From an uncultured Nitrospiraceae bacterium (lineage in GTDB: Bacteria; Nitrospirota; Thermodesulfovibrionia; Thermodesulfovibrionales; SM23-35), in NCBI GenBank assembly GCA_963727775.1, contig CAVSHB010000001.1:1-64000 (forward strand): DNA of 64,000 bases, read 5' to 3'. The notes under the pieces are model-generated. The model searched no databases, had not been told where the DNA came from, and saw only the letters and a program-made list of their open reading frames with translations. The translations under genes were made by a program, and so were the position numbers. Positions 61,726 to 64,000 of this stretch are shown here, piece by piece (positions within the stretch are counted from its first letter, which is position 1; the number at the start of each line of letters is the position of its first letter).

Positions 61726-62826
61726 CTAAGCGGAGATGACAGCGCGTGACGCGTTCTTATATTCTTCGACTAAAGTTTTCATCAATTCTTTTACCGAAGT
61801 AATTTTGTCCGCTCTATACGCATTCGCTCCGGCAAATGCGAAACCGTGCGCCAAATTACCTCTCTGGGCATTGATCAGGGCGAAGGAGATGCAATATGGG
61901 GTGTTTTTATAATCACATGTTTTTAAACAATGATAAGGGCATTTAAAAGGCTTTCTTTGTCCCCGGCTCACTTCTTCAAGGAAAACATTCTTGATTGCTC
62001 TCCCCGGCATTCCCACAGGGCTTTTGATTATTACGATATCTTCTTCTTTCGAATCAATATATGCCTGTTTGAATTTTTCCGATGCATCACATTCATAGGT
62101 GGTAACAAAGCGTGTTGCCATCTGCACACCCGAAGCCCCCAACTGTAAGAACTTATAAATATCTGCTCCTGTATAAATGCCGCCTGCGGCTATCACCGGG
62201 ATCGGTTTATTGTATTTTTCTTCGTACGGTCTTAACGCCTGGATTACTTCAGGCACAAGTTTTTCCAACGAATACTCGGGATTGGATATCATCTCTTCTT
62301 TAAACCCGATGTGACCTCCTGCCTTAGGTCCCTCAACAACAACAGCATCAGGGATGTGATTGAATTTTTCGGACCATTTTTTTGCGATGATGCCGGCTGC
62401 CCGTGCAGAGGAAACAATCGGTACCAGTTTTGTTTTCATAGTGCCGTGCAAGAACTCAGGCAGATTCAACGGCAACCCGGCCCCTGAAAAAATGATATCT
62501 ATACCTTCCTCAATAGCGGTTTTTACCAGGTCGGCGAAATTTGTCAAAGCAACCATGATATTGACACCCAGAATTCCCTTTGTTAATTCTCTGGCTTTTC
62601 TGATCTCTTTTCTCAATGCCCTAATATTTGCCTCAAGGAAATTCTTGGAAAAATCAGGTTCGTCCATTCCGATATCTGCAGTAGCTATAACTCCGATACC
62701 TCCTTCTTCAGCAACCGCGGAAGAAAGCTTAGACAGAGAAATTCCGATGCCCATACCTCCCTGGATTATTGGAAGTTTAGCGGTTAAATCTCCTATCCTT
62801 AAATTTTTCAGACCGTCAAAACTCAT
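61726..62826 (-). CDS. Nitronate monooxygenase / FabK-like flavoenzyme
   Basis: PIIQGGMG, EGPKAGGH, IAAGGI, GVQMATRF. Confidence 0.9.
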   Translation of the reverse strand: MSFDGLKNLRIGDLTAKLPIIQGGMGIGISLSKLSSAVAEEGGIGVIATADIGMDEPDFSKNFLEANIRALRKEIRKARELTKGILGVNIMVALTNFADLVKTAIEEGIDIIFSGAGLPLNLPEFLHGTMKTKLVPIVSSARAAGIIAKKWSEKFNHIPDAVVVEGPKAGGHIGFKEEMISNPEYSLEKLVPEVIQALRPYEEKYNKPIPVIAAGGIYTGADIYKFLQLGASGVQMATRFVTTYECDASEKFKQAYIDSKEEDIVIIKSPVGMPGRAIKNVFLEEVSRGQRKPFKCPYHCLKTCDYKNTPYCISFALINAQRGNLAHGFAFAGANAYRADKITSVKELMKTLVEEYKNASRAVISA

Positions 62827-63061
62827 GCAAAATCTCCTTCATCTCTCACGCGGTACCCATACCCTACCGCACCAAGAGTCATATTTTAAAATAAAATCGG
62901 AGGGATAAACCAAAAAGCTGTCTATTCCGCCTTCATTATTTTAAAACATTTTGCCTGTTTTTGGAAATCGGCAGTTGGAAGTGCTTAGGGCTCATAATTT
63001 TAGCCGCCGACCTTCAGGCATTTCAAACGCCGGATATAATCTGAAGTAAAGAAACATATTA

Positions 63062-64000
63062 TTAAAACAAGCTGAATTTGAAATATCTCTTGGGGTTTTC
63101 CTTAACATCTTTTATAAGGACGTTAAGCTCCTTTACTGTTGATTTAAAATCCTTGTAAATCTCTCCCTCCGTCACAAGATTACCCATAATACCCTCACCC
63201 TTTTCCATTTTTTGAAGAAGCTCTGAGAGTTTCTTTGATGAGGTATATAGATTTTCATAGAGACTATCATCCTCAGCGAGTCTTCCTATAGTGCCCTTTC
63301 CTGCTGCAAGTTTTTTTGAAAATTCATCAAGCGATGTCGATGCGCTCAAAAATTTGTCATAAAGTTCCCTGTCTTTTACGAGCCTGTTGAGGGTGCTGTC
63401 GGACTCCTTGAGATTGTCCGAGAAATCTTTTATGTTTTTTGCCGAAGACTCAAGCTTCGAATAGAGCGTCTCGTCGAAGGCGAGCTTTCCTAATGTGCCT
63501 TTCCCTTCTTCTATTTTCTTCGTCACATGCGCGAGGCTTCCGGCGGTATCTTTGAGACTATCGTACAAGGACCTGTCTTTAAGAAAAAGGGAAAATGTCC
63601 CGTCCCCCTTTTCGATCATCGCTATAAAATCGTCGAGCCTCTTGGCGAGATCAGTCACCTTGGTAATTGATTCCTTGCTCTTCTCTATAATATCCTGGAA
63701 CTCCAGTTGTGTTGCGCCGGTAAGGCTGTCGCCTTCTTTAAGCCTGGCGGTTTCGGCAGAGCCGGTACCGATCTCGAGATACTTATCGCCGAGAAGCCCG
63801 AGTGTGAGAATTGTTGCAGTTGAATCTTTTCTTAAGTAGTTGAGGGTTTCACGATCAATAGACATCGATACCCTTATTTCTTTCCCCTTATAAAAGGACA
63901 TGGATTTGACCTTCCCTATCTCGATACCTGAAAACCAGATAGGGGCGCCGGGCCTCAGCCCGCGGACGTCATGGAAATCCGCATATATCGTTGCCCTCGG
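63062..64000 (-). CDS. MlaD/MCE-family protein (5' end outside window)
   Basis: The frame stays open to the window edge with DVRGLRPGAPIWFSGIEIGKV; GLLGDKY; repeated GKGTLGKL helices; ENPKRY. Confidence 0.88.
   Translation of the reverse strand, partial: PRATIYADFHDVRGLRPGAPIWFSGIEIGKVKSMSFYKGKEIRVSMSIDRETLNYLRKDSTATILTLGLLGDKYLEIGTGSAETARLKEGDSLTGATQLEFQDIIEKSKESITKVTDLAKRLDDFIAMIEKGDGTFSLFLKDRSLYDSLKDTAGSLAHVTKKIEEGKGTLGKLAFDETLYSKLESSAKNIKDFSDNLKESDSTLNRLVKDRELYDKFLSASTSLDEFSKKLAAGKGTIGRLAEDDSLYENLYTSSKKLSELLQKMEKGEGIMGNLVTEGEIYKDFKSTVKELNVLIKDVKENPKRYFKFSLF

Overview
Bacterial chromosome segment; gene content and order suggest an anaerobic Nitrospirota/Deltaproteobacteria-like organism, which is an inference. 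Layout: (1) core genes at 0.3-12 kb (rpsT, holA, lptE, leuS, lapB-like, rsfS, nadD, proA, mutL, miaA, uppP). (2) An accessory region at 12-25 kb: a DinJ/YafQ islet bounded by a duplicated uppP 3' end, a TetR-regulated RND efflux operon, a gene-less mini-RIT element, a tyrosine recombinase + IS91-like element inserted into that mini-RIT's recombination site, a nucleotidyltransferase pair and a cas6 N-terminal remnant among REP-like repeats. (3) S1-domain, RpoD-like and histidine kinase genes. (4) A 7.5 kb nest of four mobile elements at 35958-43418: an ORF-less group II intron whose catalytic domain V is split by a second group II intron, whose RT gene is split by a complete RIT element, with an IS3 element at the outer intron's DV/DVI junction. 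(5) An FAD-oxidoreductase + cNMP-GAF pair, then a hopanoid cluster (mlaA, hpnM, hpnN, hpnK, shc, hpnA, DUF116, hpnH, cruF-like). (6) Miscellaneous genes ending in a partial mlaD. The strongest signals are an intron whose EBS1 appears tuned to other introns' domain V but not its own, and two RIT-type elements with identical end geometry but different binding motifs. Single-base frameshifts in rpsT and hpnN look like sequencing errors. All product calls come from motif recognition by eye; no database searches were run.
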